Shown here piece after piece: positions 12,591-25,445 of a stretch of DNA of 64,000 nt. Origin of the DNA: Chrysomallon squamiferum (lineage: Eukaryota; Animalia; Mollusca); the NCBI GenBank assembly GCA_012295275.1, contig CM022670.1:32426001-32490000 (forward strand), written 5' to 3'. The position numbers were made by a program, and so were the translations under genes. A model generated the notes under the pieces. It was not told the origin of the DNA. It worked only from the letters and a program-made list of their open reading frames with translations, and did no database searches. Within the stretch, counting starts at the first letter, position 1. Every line of letters begins with the position of its first letter.

Positions 12591-15295
12591 TTGTGTTTGA
12601 GAGAGAGAATCATTTTATCATGCTTCCTTCAAAGAATTACTCAAATATGCATCCAGTCACATGATCAACCTCTCACATTGCCACATACTTTTACCCAAAC
12701 AAGTTTCAGACTGACTTACAAATAGACACTGAAAAATGTGGTGCTCTGGACATAACTAAATTCAGAATAATTAAAATTAACCAGCATAATATAAGAAGCT
12801 GCCATCTCCATATGGGTTCTTTTCCAGAAATAAAATTATTCCAGCTGAAATAAAGCAGATGACTGATTTCAATTAGTCACATGTGGGTGTGTGTGGGATG
12901 TCTCGCTGTCACCTTGGAATCCCTCATTATCCTTTTAAATAGGTGTAAGAAAATGTGATGATGAAGATTTCTGTGATAGTTGTGAAGGATTAATGTTCTG
13001 ACAGAGTGGAATTGTTGTGTTGCTTAGTGTAAAACTGTGCTAACTGGTTTCTGAAAAACAGTCTGTTATTTGATGTGAAATGAGAATGCAGTTAAAATTG
13101 TTCTTACGTCAAATATTACTTGCTTTTTCAGTACTACTACTATAATAACAAGTATTAAAACATTAACACATCTAAAACTAGCTGCCACAAGAACTTCTAC
13201 TACTATTCTGAGTATCATTTCTATTAGTATTACCATTACAATGATTACTACTGTTACAGTTACTATTGCAACTGCTACTGCTACTAAATACTACTACTAC
13301 TACAATTACTAATGCTACTACAACTTACATTCTTGATTTTCAAAATAAATATTAGTTCTTTTTTCATTATAAATTATTATAATATTCTTATCAGAATATT
13401 TTAAACAAAAAAATAAATAAATAAATAAAGTTAATCTCAGTATGCCACCTGTTTTTATAAAAGATAAGCTCAGTTTTCTTCTTCTTCTATTTTTTCTTCA
13501 TTTTTCTCTTTTTTTGTCATTCGTCTCTTCTTAGAATAAATGTGAACTTTATGAAGAACTAATGCATTTTTCAGTTTAAAAAATATAATTAAAATGGTAA
13601 TTACAACAAGTATTTTGAAGCAGAGATCTGTTGTTTTGCTATATACCAGAAGATATTTTAGGAAAGTCTTTGGTTACAGATATACAAGATAAAAAAGAAA
13701 GAAAGAAAAGACATTTCACATCAGTTATTCACTAGCACTTAATAAACCTAATGATCCTGAAGAACTTTTACCACAGTAATGAACAAGTGAATTTCAATGA
13801 ATTTCCAAGGAAACAGAAAAATGAATTCATCCTAGCTGTATTTGCCACTAACTCTATGCCAGAGCAATTCCATTTGACAAATTGAGTTGCATCCAGTTAT
13901 TAATCTTTAACCATGCTTCATCATGATGGTGATAAGGTTAACAAACCATTTGAGATGGGCTGTCATTTTCCCTTTGACTGTAGCATTCCATGTGTGTAGA
14001 ATTTCTATCACTTTACTGTTTAACTGGACTAATCTATCTCTGATTACTTGTTTTATCTCAGAGTATGAAAATAGTCATCTCTATTCACTCCTCATTACAG
14101 GTTATCAGTATTCTTGTCTGCGGACATAAAAATCTATTAATTAATTGCTGGTTGGAGTTCAGCTGACTTATTATTGCATGAGTATATATGGAAAAACATT
14201 AATACCCAATTTTCCTTCTCCTATCTAGAACTTAATATTATTTGTCTGAATCCAATAGAATGCTTATTGCAGCAGTGACTAAGGAAGGAGTTTCAGTCAG
14301 TTCTCAGATATATAGCTTTAATCTCTGCTGGCATTTCCTCATTACTGATTTTGTCTGTCTCTGTTCTAATCATTCATTCTGTCTTCCATTATATCAAGTG
14401 TGTATATATATATATATATATATATCAAATGATGTGTTGAAAAGTCCATATGTCTGTTCATTAATCCATATGTACTCAGATCATCCCCAAATCCCATATT
14501 TGTTTTTTGACTTTTTCTGTCCATTTATTAATCCAGTGTTTAATCCAATATCTGTCTAATAATGAAATGTCTATTCTTAATCCATGGGTTCTTTCATGGA
14601 TGTAGTGTTAATATATCTATTGTTCTTTCATGAATGCAATATCTGTCTCTCAAATACGAAGTTCAGTCCAGTGCCCATCAGTAAATTCAGTGTTGATTTA
14701 TTAATCCAGTGTGTCTCAGTCTGTCAGTTCATATATCTGTCCATAAATTCAATGTCTATTTTTCATTTTCAATCCATCTATCAATAGGTTTCAGAGAACA
14801 ATAATTTTCTTTTCATGCATACTTCTGATATTTTAATGATTATTATGTGAATACACTGAAAAAGTAACACATCAGAGAAAATGAAATTGTTTCATGCACG
14901 TATCTCCCTGTCTGGAACTCAGTTTTCAAAAACAAAATTCATTTTTTTTCTTTTTTTTTTCTTTTTTTGTGACATTAAATGAATTTGCTAAAAACAAATA
15001 TTACTTTTTTAAAAAGGAAAATATTATTATTGGATAAGAATGATAAAAAGGTTAAAGGGCTGTTTTTTTCTGTGTTTACAGTGTTCTCTAATATTCCACT
15101 GAAATGTTGGCTGTGAATTATTTATGAATAAAAATGAGTTGATGTTTAAGAAGTTTGAGGTTTGCAGAATGCAGGCTGTCAGATCACATTTATATAATCA
15201 AGTGTTTTAACCTCACTTCAAGTCAAGCTTTAAAAAATTAAAAAAACAAATAAATAAATAAAAACTTTTGAAAAATGAAAGTTTTAGTAGGTTTT

Positions 15296-15460
15296 CGTCA
15301 TAGCCCAGTAGTTAAGCATTGAGCTAAGGTGTGACTGGTTTCAGAATCAGTTCTTCATTGTGCTTCCTTGAATTATTTCCCATTTCAGCCATATCTCTTG
15401 ACTTGCTTGTCAAGTGTTATGGTAAGTGCTGAACTCTCTGAGGGTAAATAGATTAAAATA
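15296..15460 (+). mobile_element. Degenerate tRNA-derived SINE (family A), 5' part
   Basis: It has a box-A-like head, TAGCCCAGTAGTTAAGC. The body TCAAGTGTTATGGTAAGTGCTGAACTCTCTG resembles the reverse complement of 29490-29530 and the sequence at 50727-50770. It also resembles gastropod SINEs from memory. Confidence 0.6.
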
Positions 15461-17249
15461 TTTCAAAAGTTTTACTAGCTTATAAAATACTTTAAAACAT
15501 ACATGATATATTAAACTATTGAGGACAATTACAAAGAAGTTTTAATTTTGATCATGTAATTCTGTGACAGTGAGTGAACAAATTTAAATTATAACTTTAC
15601 ATTTTTTCTTTATAAATTGTTTTATTTAAATAGTGTTAAATTATGAAGCATCTTTACATTGCTTTTACGTTTCATAAAAATCTAAATCTTAAATTAATAC
15701 TCACTGGTTATCATTATATGTCAGTATAAACAAAAATTAAAAATTAATGTTATCATAATGTGATGAAACTACACACATTACAACAGCCTTGCATAGCAAT
15801 ACATGGTGAAGTAAAATTATCTTAATTTCCCAAAGCAATTTAAATATTTCATGGGGGTCAAGACAGTTACACTTTATTTTAACAAGAATAAGCTTTTACA
15901 GCTCTGGAGAGTTTTGTTGTCAGATTATGTAATTGGGAAAAAAAATCAATTGATTGTGACAACTTAACTACCTGATAAATTAATGGCATACTGGAAGAGG
16001 TTAATTTTTTAGAGGGTCTTCTTAACTTTTTAAACAAAATGTTCATAGATTTTCTTTGTTTTGTTATTTGTTGTTGTTTGACTGTATGTAGCATAGCAAT
16101 GACTAGGAATCAAACATGGTGGTTAATGGTTTCAATTAAGATTTTTTATTTTCCAGTTAATTTACCAAGATGTTAAAATAAAATAAACACATTTTCATGT
16201 TCTTAGATGCAGAATTTATTTAATCTATTGAGGATCATGAATTTTTTTGAAAGTTTTTCAATTTAAAAACTTACATTAAAAACTATTAATTTTTATTTCC
16301 ATTACATGAGATTCAAGTTAAATCAGATCTTTCATGAAGTTCTCTATCAAAGTGCTTAATGTTGAGGAATAATTCTTGTCACTAAATCCTGAGGATAAAA
16401 AGCTTTAAGAAATTTTTTCTCCGAGTCCTCTTCCCCAATATAATCTAGATTAAAATGGAATGAATCTGGAAGGTGATCATTGAGCGTGTAATCTCATCAA
16501 TTCATGATAGAGCTACAATCGATACAGAACTAAACCTTCTGTGACCATTTGGCTATCTGTATTGCAAATGAATTACTGTGGTGTGTTCTCAGGCTGTCGT
16601 AATAAAGTTGTCAGTGCTGATAAAAGAAATGCTGTGTCTGCTCAGAGCAGCAACATGAGGTTGTCACACTTAAACAGAGAGTAGTTTTTATGGCCCATTC
16701 ACAACTTGGCTCATAGATTTGTTAGATCCTTCAGATCTGATTATATTTCACCACTAATCCTTGCAGGACTTTTGCCTTTTGCCCCTAATGGAATTAGCGA
16801 CCAGAAGCATCTAGTGAAGAATGCACAACTGCATATTTTAAATTAGATCAGAATGAGATTGTTGTATTTCAAAAACTGGATCAGTGTAACAGCTTACAGA
16901 TTCTGACAGCTGGATAAATAATGAATCTGAGAAAATAACATTTATTAAATTAAGTTTGTAATGCATAATTTGTGATATATTACCTAACTAAATGAACTGA
17001 CATTTAGTAAATACAATATTTGTTTATGTTGTGTTGGGATTGATGAAACTATATTCAACATTTCATTTTTGTAATATGTCACAGTGCCATGACATATACT
17101 GCTTGCCTTGTGTATGTTTAGTTGGTTCTGTCAATCTAAATAAATAAAAATTTTCTTTTTGAAGTCAAGCTTATGATTAATATGTTTAGAAAAGATGCAT
17201 GTGTGAAACCCTGTGTTTCTACAATTATACTCATCAGTCTGTTCCACAG

Positions 17250-17300
17250 GCTGGTTCCAAATCCAGCCAGAACTCCGTGACAAAGCTATTAAAAATTATG
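17250..17300 (+). other. Candidate 51-nt internal exon
   Basis: The acceptor is TCAGTCTGTTCCACAG and the donor is ATG|GTATGT. The length is a multiple of 3 and two frames are open (AGSKSSQNSVTKLLKIM or WFQIQPELRDKAIKNY). I recognise no homology. Confidence 0.3.
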
Positions 17301-18867
17301 GTATGTTCATTGTTAGTTTGTTGGGTTTTTTATTGGATTTTTAATTGTGTGTTGTTGTTTTTTTTTATGTAGAAGGACTATATAAAATGTTATAAAAATG
17401 TCAAATATTTGAATTTTTTAAATTAAAATATACTGAGGTGTTTATTCAGTTGAAATGTTTAAATTTAAATGATTTAGTACTTGTTATCTGACATACAGTT
17501 TCAAGTTTTGTAGATATTTCAAATTATTGTATATTATAAGATACACAGTTTTATAACTTCAGATACTTAGATTATTTAAACAATTTAAAAAAGTATATAT
17601 ACAGTTTCATGCCTAGTAGATATTATAAATTATTTAATATCAGTTTTCAGATATATTATTTCATTCAGTGTAAACAATTTGAATTAATTATTTCATATTG
17701 AATTGCTGGAAATTTCCCTAAAAATTTACATATATTTTGATACAGTCACTGTTACATAATATAGAATTTTTTAGATTTCTTTCTAGAACACTCTCCTGTT
17801 ACAAGTTTTAATATTCAAAGCTTAATAATAACATTATATTTATTTATTGTCATTTCTGATTCATATTACTTACTACAAGATGTATGGTTTCAATTTGCCA
17901 ATGTTTTAGATTATTTATTTATAATATTTTCAGTTCAGTAATTTAATAATTTAGGTATTATTATTATAAAATGATTTATTATTTTTAAAATAACATGACA
18001 GAATATTTTTATTCGGTTTGGTATGTTTCATTTAAATTCTGTTAATAGATTTAAAAAAAAAAAGTTTTAATCTCCATAACAATGTTTGTGTTTATATGTG
18101 TCTGTGTATAAGCATTAATCTATGTATGTGTTTTGGAATGTATATTCCATTATCTTATGTAGCTCTAATTAGACTCTGCACAGAGTCAATATTCTGTAAT
18201 GCACTGGAGGACAAAGTCCAATCTGACCTCACACAAGTTAGATGTCACTGAAACATACATCACCCTTTTGTCCATGCTCTGGAGAGAGAGAATGATAGCA
18301 CTCTGTGTCTGAAACAACCCTGTACTTTATGTGTATATGTTTGTATGTATGTGAGTATACACAGTATAAGAATGTATGTATGACTGTGTATCTGTCTATG
18401 TATGTATTTATGTAAATATGTCTATCTGTAAATATCTGTAATTTATGGGTGGATGGATGAATAGAAAAACATTACTAATTAATTTGGTAAGAATGTTACT
18501 GTTGTTTTTGTTTTTGTTTTGTTTTTCTCAAAGAAAACAGCAATTTGAAGAATTTAAGTTATTTTTGTAATTAAAAGGTGAAAAAAACAGTTTACGGATT
18601 TTAACAAGTAAATGCTATCTTGTGGAATTTTAAAACACTGTAAGGTTCTTGGCAAAGTGTCAGTTTGTATTGCTATGTATCTCACTATTTTTGTTGTTTC
18701 CAAATCCTTTCATCCTTTCAATCAATGTGAGGAATGCTAACACTCATTGTTTATTAACCATGAACTTCAACTGAGATTGCTAGAAGTGGCAGGCTGATGT
18801 ACATCCAGGAAATCTGACAGTGGAATGAACAGAAAATTGAATTATCTCTGCATGTACATTCATTTGT

Positions 18868-18869
<2 letters not shown>

Positions 18870-18920
<51 letters not shown>
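18870..18920. repeat. (CA)n microsatellite
   Basis: Seen directly. Confidence 0.95.
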
Positions 18921-18925
<5 letters not shown>

Positions 18926-19454
18926 AAAATGAAAAATTATAAACATGCACAACACAAAATTGCATGAATTCAAAAATAAACAAGTGCATGCATATTCCAG
19001 TATATATACACACATACATTCCCCAAAAACTCACCTGCTTACCCCTACACACATACATACATACAAATTCCTTTACAAAACGGTTCCAGGTATTTATAAT
19101 TAACAAAAATACTGTCCAAGGATTACTTTAAGAAACTCCTTTAAGGCTGTGCTGGCCAAGAGACTGAACCTTTGTTTCCTGTGTCCACTTCTTGCCACAT
19201 TTCCATTGATTTATTTTCACATCCTCTTCTGACACCATTCACATGAGCCAAGTTGTGCAAGTCAAATGTTAAATTTCTAATTACTCTTCATCACATGGTG
19301 ATCAAATCTTTTTGATGCATGCCTCTTGAAATATGGCAAAATGAAACCATTTTGTTTGGTTTTGTTTGTGAGCATCATATGAATAATAATTATAATGGCA
19401 GCTATTTTACTTTGAAGTATATATGTATGTTCAGATTATATTTTTGGCTGAGTG

Positions 19455-19740
19455 TGTTTATTAAATTAAGAATTCAGATTTGTTTATGTATATGGTAATT
19501 ATGAAATACATGATGGCTGCAGTTAACATTAATAATTACAGAATGTTTCAAAATAAAAATAAAGAACTGGGACTTATGTTCAGATGGGGCATTTTTATGT
19601 TTATTAAATTAAGAATGTGGATGTGTTCATAGATATGTTGTAAATAATATGATGTTAGTCAATTCACATTAATCATTACAGAATGTTATTCTATGTTATT
19701 TAATTTCACCGAAAATAAAGAATTGGATTCCATTAGTCTA
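19455..19740. repeat. Degenerate tandem duplication, period ~143 bp
   Basis: GTTTATTAAATTAAGAAT...CATTAAT.ATTACAGAATGTT...AAAATAAAGAA.TGG occurs twice (~19456 and ~19599). Confidence 0.8.
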
Positions 19741-19959
19741 GAATTTACATATTATTTTGTCCTGCAATATTTTTCATACAGTATTAAGAATTTGATTCTG
19801 TTTGTGTGAACGTTTTCAACTTGGCTGTTCTGTTTTAAAATACAGTTATAGCCAATTAATGCTAAAGCACTTCTGTTTTTCATACACAGTACAGGAACCT
19901 TTTAGTATGGACAGTTAGTGTGTTGGATCATGTTTGTGTGTTGGACAGAAAACATAGAT

Positions 19960-20120
19960 TTTATAGTTTTAAATCCAGTGAAAACACTTTTGGACATACA
20001 AACCTGAAGTCTGGGTTACTAGTCCAAGACTGTGTTAAGCTGTTAGACTGTTAGAAAGAAGAAAAGGTGTAGCACCTTTATCTTGCACCTGCAGTCCAGA
20101 AGACTGGATTGTTTGTCTAA
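19960..20120 (-). mobile_element. Possible degenerate SINE (family B) fragment
   Basis: TGTTAG..TGTTAG..AGAAGAAAAGGTGTAGCACCTTTATC resembles the antisense of a gastropod SINE I recall. It is highly diverged. Confidence 0.35.
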
Positions 20121-21599
20121 GTCAGTGGCTGTGAGTTCATTACAATTTAGGATATAGCAGTCTTATATCTCTGAAGAGTGAAGCCATGTCCATCTTGTAC
20201 AGAAGTCTTATTGTTTATGTTTGTGTGTTAGAGGCTTGGAAATAAGAAAAGCTGGAGAATTCTAATATGCACTGAAGTCCCTTTATGTTGAAGAATTTTG
20301 TATTTGACTGCATTTGTTACACCTTAAAATATGTGTTAATGTCTTCACTCAGTGTTAATCTGTTAAGGTTATTAATGAAAGCAAAGTGAGTGTGTTGCAG
20401 TTTTAGAATTTCTAAATTAACTCTGGAAGCAAAATACAATAAGGCTCATGACATAACCATATGGAATATTATGTTACCTCATTTTATTTTTTATACATAT
20501 ACATGTGCATGCATGCCTTCATGTACACACACAGACAAACCACATACTGTTCCAGACCTGAACCATTAAGCAGTAAATAGGTATTTTATAATTATTTTCC
20601 TTTGTAATTGAAATAGACTGAAGCATCGAGTAAGCTGCTAAAGTAAATTAGTCCATTTTAAAATTCTGAACACTTAACTACATTCCATTTTCATTCATAA
20701 GAAAATCTGCATAATTGATTAGAAAAACATTTCTTTGACAGTAATCATATTTAAAGTGCTTACAAGAAAATCAACAGTTTAATTCCCATAGTTGTTATGC
20801 CGGAACATTATAGATTTAAACAGGAAAGTAAAAAACCCACAAGCTTGTTAAAAATATTTAACATTTGTGAATGCCTGCCAAGCTTTTGTGTGCTTAATGA
20901 AATTTTAATTAAGTTTTAAAAATTTTGAAAATAATTACATTTTAATAATGATCATCGATATTCAAATGATTGGAATTATCGTATATATATATATAATTTT
21001 CATGTTTATAATCTGCAAGAATTTAACCTGGAATTGTATATAATGGCCTTATAATTGTTCAGAAATACAAGAATTCCAGAATGATTGAGTTTTCAAACAA
21101 ACTCTAATATTAGGACTCTAAGCAGGCAATTCCAAGAGCTATTGCAGAATAAATATCTAAATTTAATGTTTATAAATTATTATTGCTTTTATAAATATAA
21201 ATCATTTTTTCTTTTTCTTTAAATAAAAATATTATTTCTTTTTCAAAAAATAATTATTACTACTTTCTTTCAGTTCAGATATATTTCTGTAATAAATCTG
21301 CAGGTTCTTTAACTCTTTCCAGTCTACATTTCAGACATCACAGACTGTGTCCACAACAGACATGTTTTTAACACATTGTTTATCCAGGTATTCAGCTGGT
21401 CTGTCCATTCTTAAACTGACCACATACATGTTGGCTTGTGTCAGTCATAAATTATAATAATAATAATAAATAGTTAATAAACACAAAACAACATCAACAG
21501 CATATTAGTTCTAATAGTAATAGTAATAGTAGTTGTAGTAGTTATGTGTTAGTAAGAAGAGTAACAACAATATGTTAATAATAATAAGAATATTATTAC

Positions 21600-21600
21600 C

Positions 21601-21634
<34 letters not shown>

Positions 21635-21672
21635 CCAATAATAATAATAATGATGATGATGATGATGATAAT
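21600..21672. repeat. Compound (CAA)n(TAA)n(TGA)n microsatellite
   Basis: Seen directly. Confidence 0.9.
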
Positions 21673-22372
21673 GAAGTACTAAATACTGTATTTCAGAGGC
21701 TTATAGTGTGATGGAAATTAGCTGTAATAAACTCCTTATCTCATTATTAGCAGTTAATTTATATGTCTGCCTGTGAAAGTCATCATTTATAACCACATAT
21801 AATTATTTTATTACAATTATCTAAATTTACAACTGCAAAGCACCATGTAAAAATTTGGTTAATTTTAGTAATCAATGTAATTACATATTTTCACCATGGC
21901 AACAAACATTATGTGCCAAAGGTTCATTTGTAAATTTAAAATATGATTACAAGACAAACTAATTAGTAATATATGTACAAAGATATAAATCATCCTAGGT
22001 AAGAAATAATACATATTATAAAAATATCTTACTATGCTAATACTTATGAATTTTCTGTTACATGGAGCAAATGATATAAAAACCAAACAACAAAAAAATA
22101 AGAACAAATTTTTTAAAAACTCCAAAAAGAAAATATTTTTGTAAAAAGACCTGAATGTCTAAACATGAATAAATATGTAATTTTAAGAAGATGATTATTA
22201 AACAGAGATTTATAGGGATTATCAAACATTACTGCAAACACCATACAAAATTAAATATGAAAAAATCAATTGAGACCTCTTCTTCATTAAACTGTAAAAG
22301 AGGAAAAATGAGAATAAAAAAAGGAATAGTTTAATAAAAAACAAGAAAGAGAAATGGATGGACAGATGGGTG

Positions 22373-22535
22373 TGAGAGAGATAAAGGGAGAAGAGAGAGA
22401 GAGGGAGAGGGAGAGGGAGAGAGAGGGAGGGAAGAAGGGAGAGGAAGAGAGAGGGAGGGAGAGAAAGGAAGAGAGAAAAAGAGGGAGGGGAGAGAGAAAG
22501 AGAGAAAGAGAGGAAGAGAGGGAGAGAGAGAGAGA
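22373..22535. repeat. Near-pure purine (GA-rich) tract
   Basis: About 160 bp of almost only G and A; it explains the ER-rich and SL-rich ORFs. Confidence 0.9.
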
Positions 22536-23459
22536 AACCTAATCCATTGTTTTCACTAGCCATGTACAGCTGACATCTTGTCATGATAAGGAATGCGATA
22601 GACAACCAGCTTGTTTTTCTGTCACTACTACTGTGTTAAATATAACAATACTTGTATCTAGTCTGTTTTTACAATTCCTTTTCAGCACAAAATTTCTTCC
22701 TTTTTTTTTTTTTTTTTTTATGACTCCAGTAGGTTCATTAACAATAATGGAGACTGTGGTTGGTATGGTATTTCATATAAATGGTACATCACCATACATT
22801 ACTGGGAGTACATTAGATATTCTGGAAGAAGATAAAAGCAAAGATTCATTAGTGTCTGCCTGTCAGGGTAGCTAATTGAGCTTGCAGACCACAGCTACTG
22901 CTAAGTCAATCAGTAAAAACAAATAACATACACAGATATATTGAAATTCTGACAAGTCATCTTAGTTAGTTTGTATGCTCTTGATTAATCCTTTTGGTTG
23001 TAATGTAGATATGGAATGGAAATATGGTGTTGTATGCTTTACTAATGGTATCACTGTTATATATTATAATAAAAATATTTGTGTGTAATTATGTTTATGT
23101 ATGTTTGTACATATGTGATTTGTGAATATATGTATATGTATATATATTACTATGGCTATGGAAGTATATTATTATTATTATATGTTTGTGTATGTATTCA
23201 TATATACATGCATAGATAATAGAACAAAAAGTTATATTTTAATGTTAGGGTTTGTAAAGAATCAGTAAGCCTGTCCTGTGAACAAAAATATATTCACAAA
23301 TCATCTGATTGTCAATTCCACACACTTTGTTTACTCAGGTTGTCTGTAGTTTGAGAAATAATTCAGTCTGCGTTTTTCTGCAGTATCAGTTTTGATTTAT
23401 ATATAAAATGACAACTTTTTCTAAAGAAGAATTACAGCATTCTCACTTCATAATTCACC

Positions 23460-23700
23460 TCTGATTTAAGAATATGACATTGACTGCAGTTTCAAAACTG
23501 CAAAATGATTCTTTTTCAAATTAAATGTTGGTTTAAAGAAAAATAATAATGAAAAAAAAGCCATTAGGGAATAAGTTATCTTCTAGAATTCTTCTGTGTG
23601 TTTTACCCACTTTGATTTAAGAATATTATTTGACTGGATTTTGAAATGTCAAATAATTATTTTGAAATGACAGTTGGTTTAAAAAGAAAATTAAAGAAAT
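23460..23700. repeat. Degenerate direct repeat, period ~151 bp
   Basis: TGATTTAAGAATAT...TGACTG...GTTGGTTTAAA occurs at ~23463 and ~23613. Confidence 0.75.
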
Positions 23701-24684
23701 AGCTGGCATAATTGTTGTTTTTCAGTGATTTATATATTTTTGCAATTTCATTGGTAACTATGTGGAAGGCATTTATTTGTTGTTGTTTTTTTATAAATAA
23801 CCATTTATAAGGATTTTTTTTTCTTTTCATTTTAGAATTTTATATTAAATGCTGTTTTTACACATTAAAATATATTTAAAATTTTTAAATTATATGAGTT
23901 AAGAATATTTTTATATATGACTGCAATCTGAAATCTGAAGGCCACAGACTTGGAAAATAATAATTAATTATAAGGAAACTAAGAAATCATTTCAAAATAA
24001 TTTGTGAGGTTATTTATTACTATTTTTGAATTTGTTTTTCTATTTCTTTTAACACTGATTTTAAATGTGCAATTTAAAAACAAAATAATAATTTAAAAAA
24101 AAACTGTCTTTGAAATTATAGTCATAAAGAAGTTTAATTAATTTGATTTAATCTTCCTATGAATCTGCATGTGCCAAAACAGAACATGCAATGTTGCATG
24201 TTGATTATTTAGTTTTCTGATTAAACCTGCACTGATGTAGACTGATTCTGAAGATTAAATTTAAATCTCTGTCAGGAAAAGCATGTTCTGAAAAAAACAT
24301 TTTTCTAATGAAATTTGCTGCACTCTTGGTTTGGATGTTATTAAGCTGTATGAATTATTCACTGTTTTCAGTGAAGTGAAAAAAAGCAATCAAAACATTT
24401 AAAATGTCAAGCCTTTAAAACCCTTGTACAAAATTAATGAAAAAACACTTCAAAAAAATAATTAAAAAAATAAAATAAATTATTAATAATATTAAAAATG
24501 TCGTTCATACAGTAAACATTAATCATATTTCATATGAAATGTGATAAGCTATTAATACTGACAAACACTTAAAGTTTCTCAAATGTTTGTTTAAAATATA
24601 TTTTAATATTACAGTAGATAAAACTTTATAAAAGTTTACAGCACTAATAGCATTTTCAAATATTATTAATGTTTTATTTTGTAG

Positions 24685-24686
<2 letters not shown>

Positions 24687-24746
<60 letters not shown>
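24687..24746. repeat. (TTA)n microsatellite
   Basis: Seen directly. Confidence 0.95.
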
Positions 24747-24747
<1 letters not shown>

Positions 24748-25274
24748 TTATATTTTTATTTTTTTCACTAAATAACTGATGAAATTAAACATTTTTAAAA
24801 CAGTATCTCCAGTTTGTTTTTCAATGGCAAGTTTCTGAATATGTTGTAAGTAGTAGTTACATTTTATCCTTTTACAAATACTATTGCCCCTGGAATGAAA
24901 TGTTCAGAATTCTACCATCTTACATGACCAGGTACTGTATAATTTAAAATACATTATACTGACCCAAGCATTGTGTGGTTTATAATGCTGTTATGTACTG
25001 ATCAGAAAGATACAACATAGAACAAAGATTAGTTAACTGCACCTTACATTTGCCTGGAACTCAACTGCCATGTGACAATTTTACTTTTAAATACTTTTAA
25101 TGAAGTTTTAATCTAGTAAACTACAGAGTCAGAACATCTTCATTGTGTGGTTGATTATCTTTAGTAATAATTATTGTACATGTAACAAAACCTTAAAATA
25201 TTTAGTTCTTGCTAGATTTCAGTCATGTGCTTTGCAATGAGAAGGGAAAAAATCCAATTTCTACAATATATGTT

Positions 25275-25445
25275 GTTATTAATTAGCAACAAGGAATCTT
25301 TTATATAAACCTTTCTATAAACAGCAAAATACACACCTCAGTTTTTAGTACATCCATTTTGGAGCACTGGTTAGAACAGGAGGTACACCAATAGAGGGAT
25401 TTGATCTTGCAGACCACTGCTGTTTATGTTATAGCTCTAACAGTT
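25275..25445 (-). mobile_element. Degenerate SINE (family A), antisense
   Basis: TAGCAACAAGGAATCTTTTATATA..AGCACTGGTTAGAACAGG..GGGATTTGATCTTG parallels 29466-29490 (TAGTATTAAGGGATCTTTTGTATG) and is the reverse complement of the body at 50700-50780. Confidence 0.6.

Noticed and set aside
17205-17252. Minus-strand CUGAUGA...GAAAC hammerhead-like core with a CCUGUG/CACAGG stem
   Set aside because: It lacks the stem II closing G-C pair, the UH cleavage site and any stem I.
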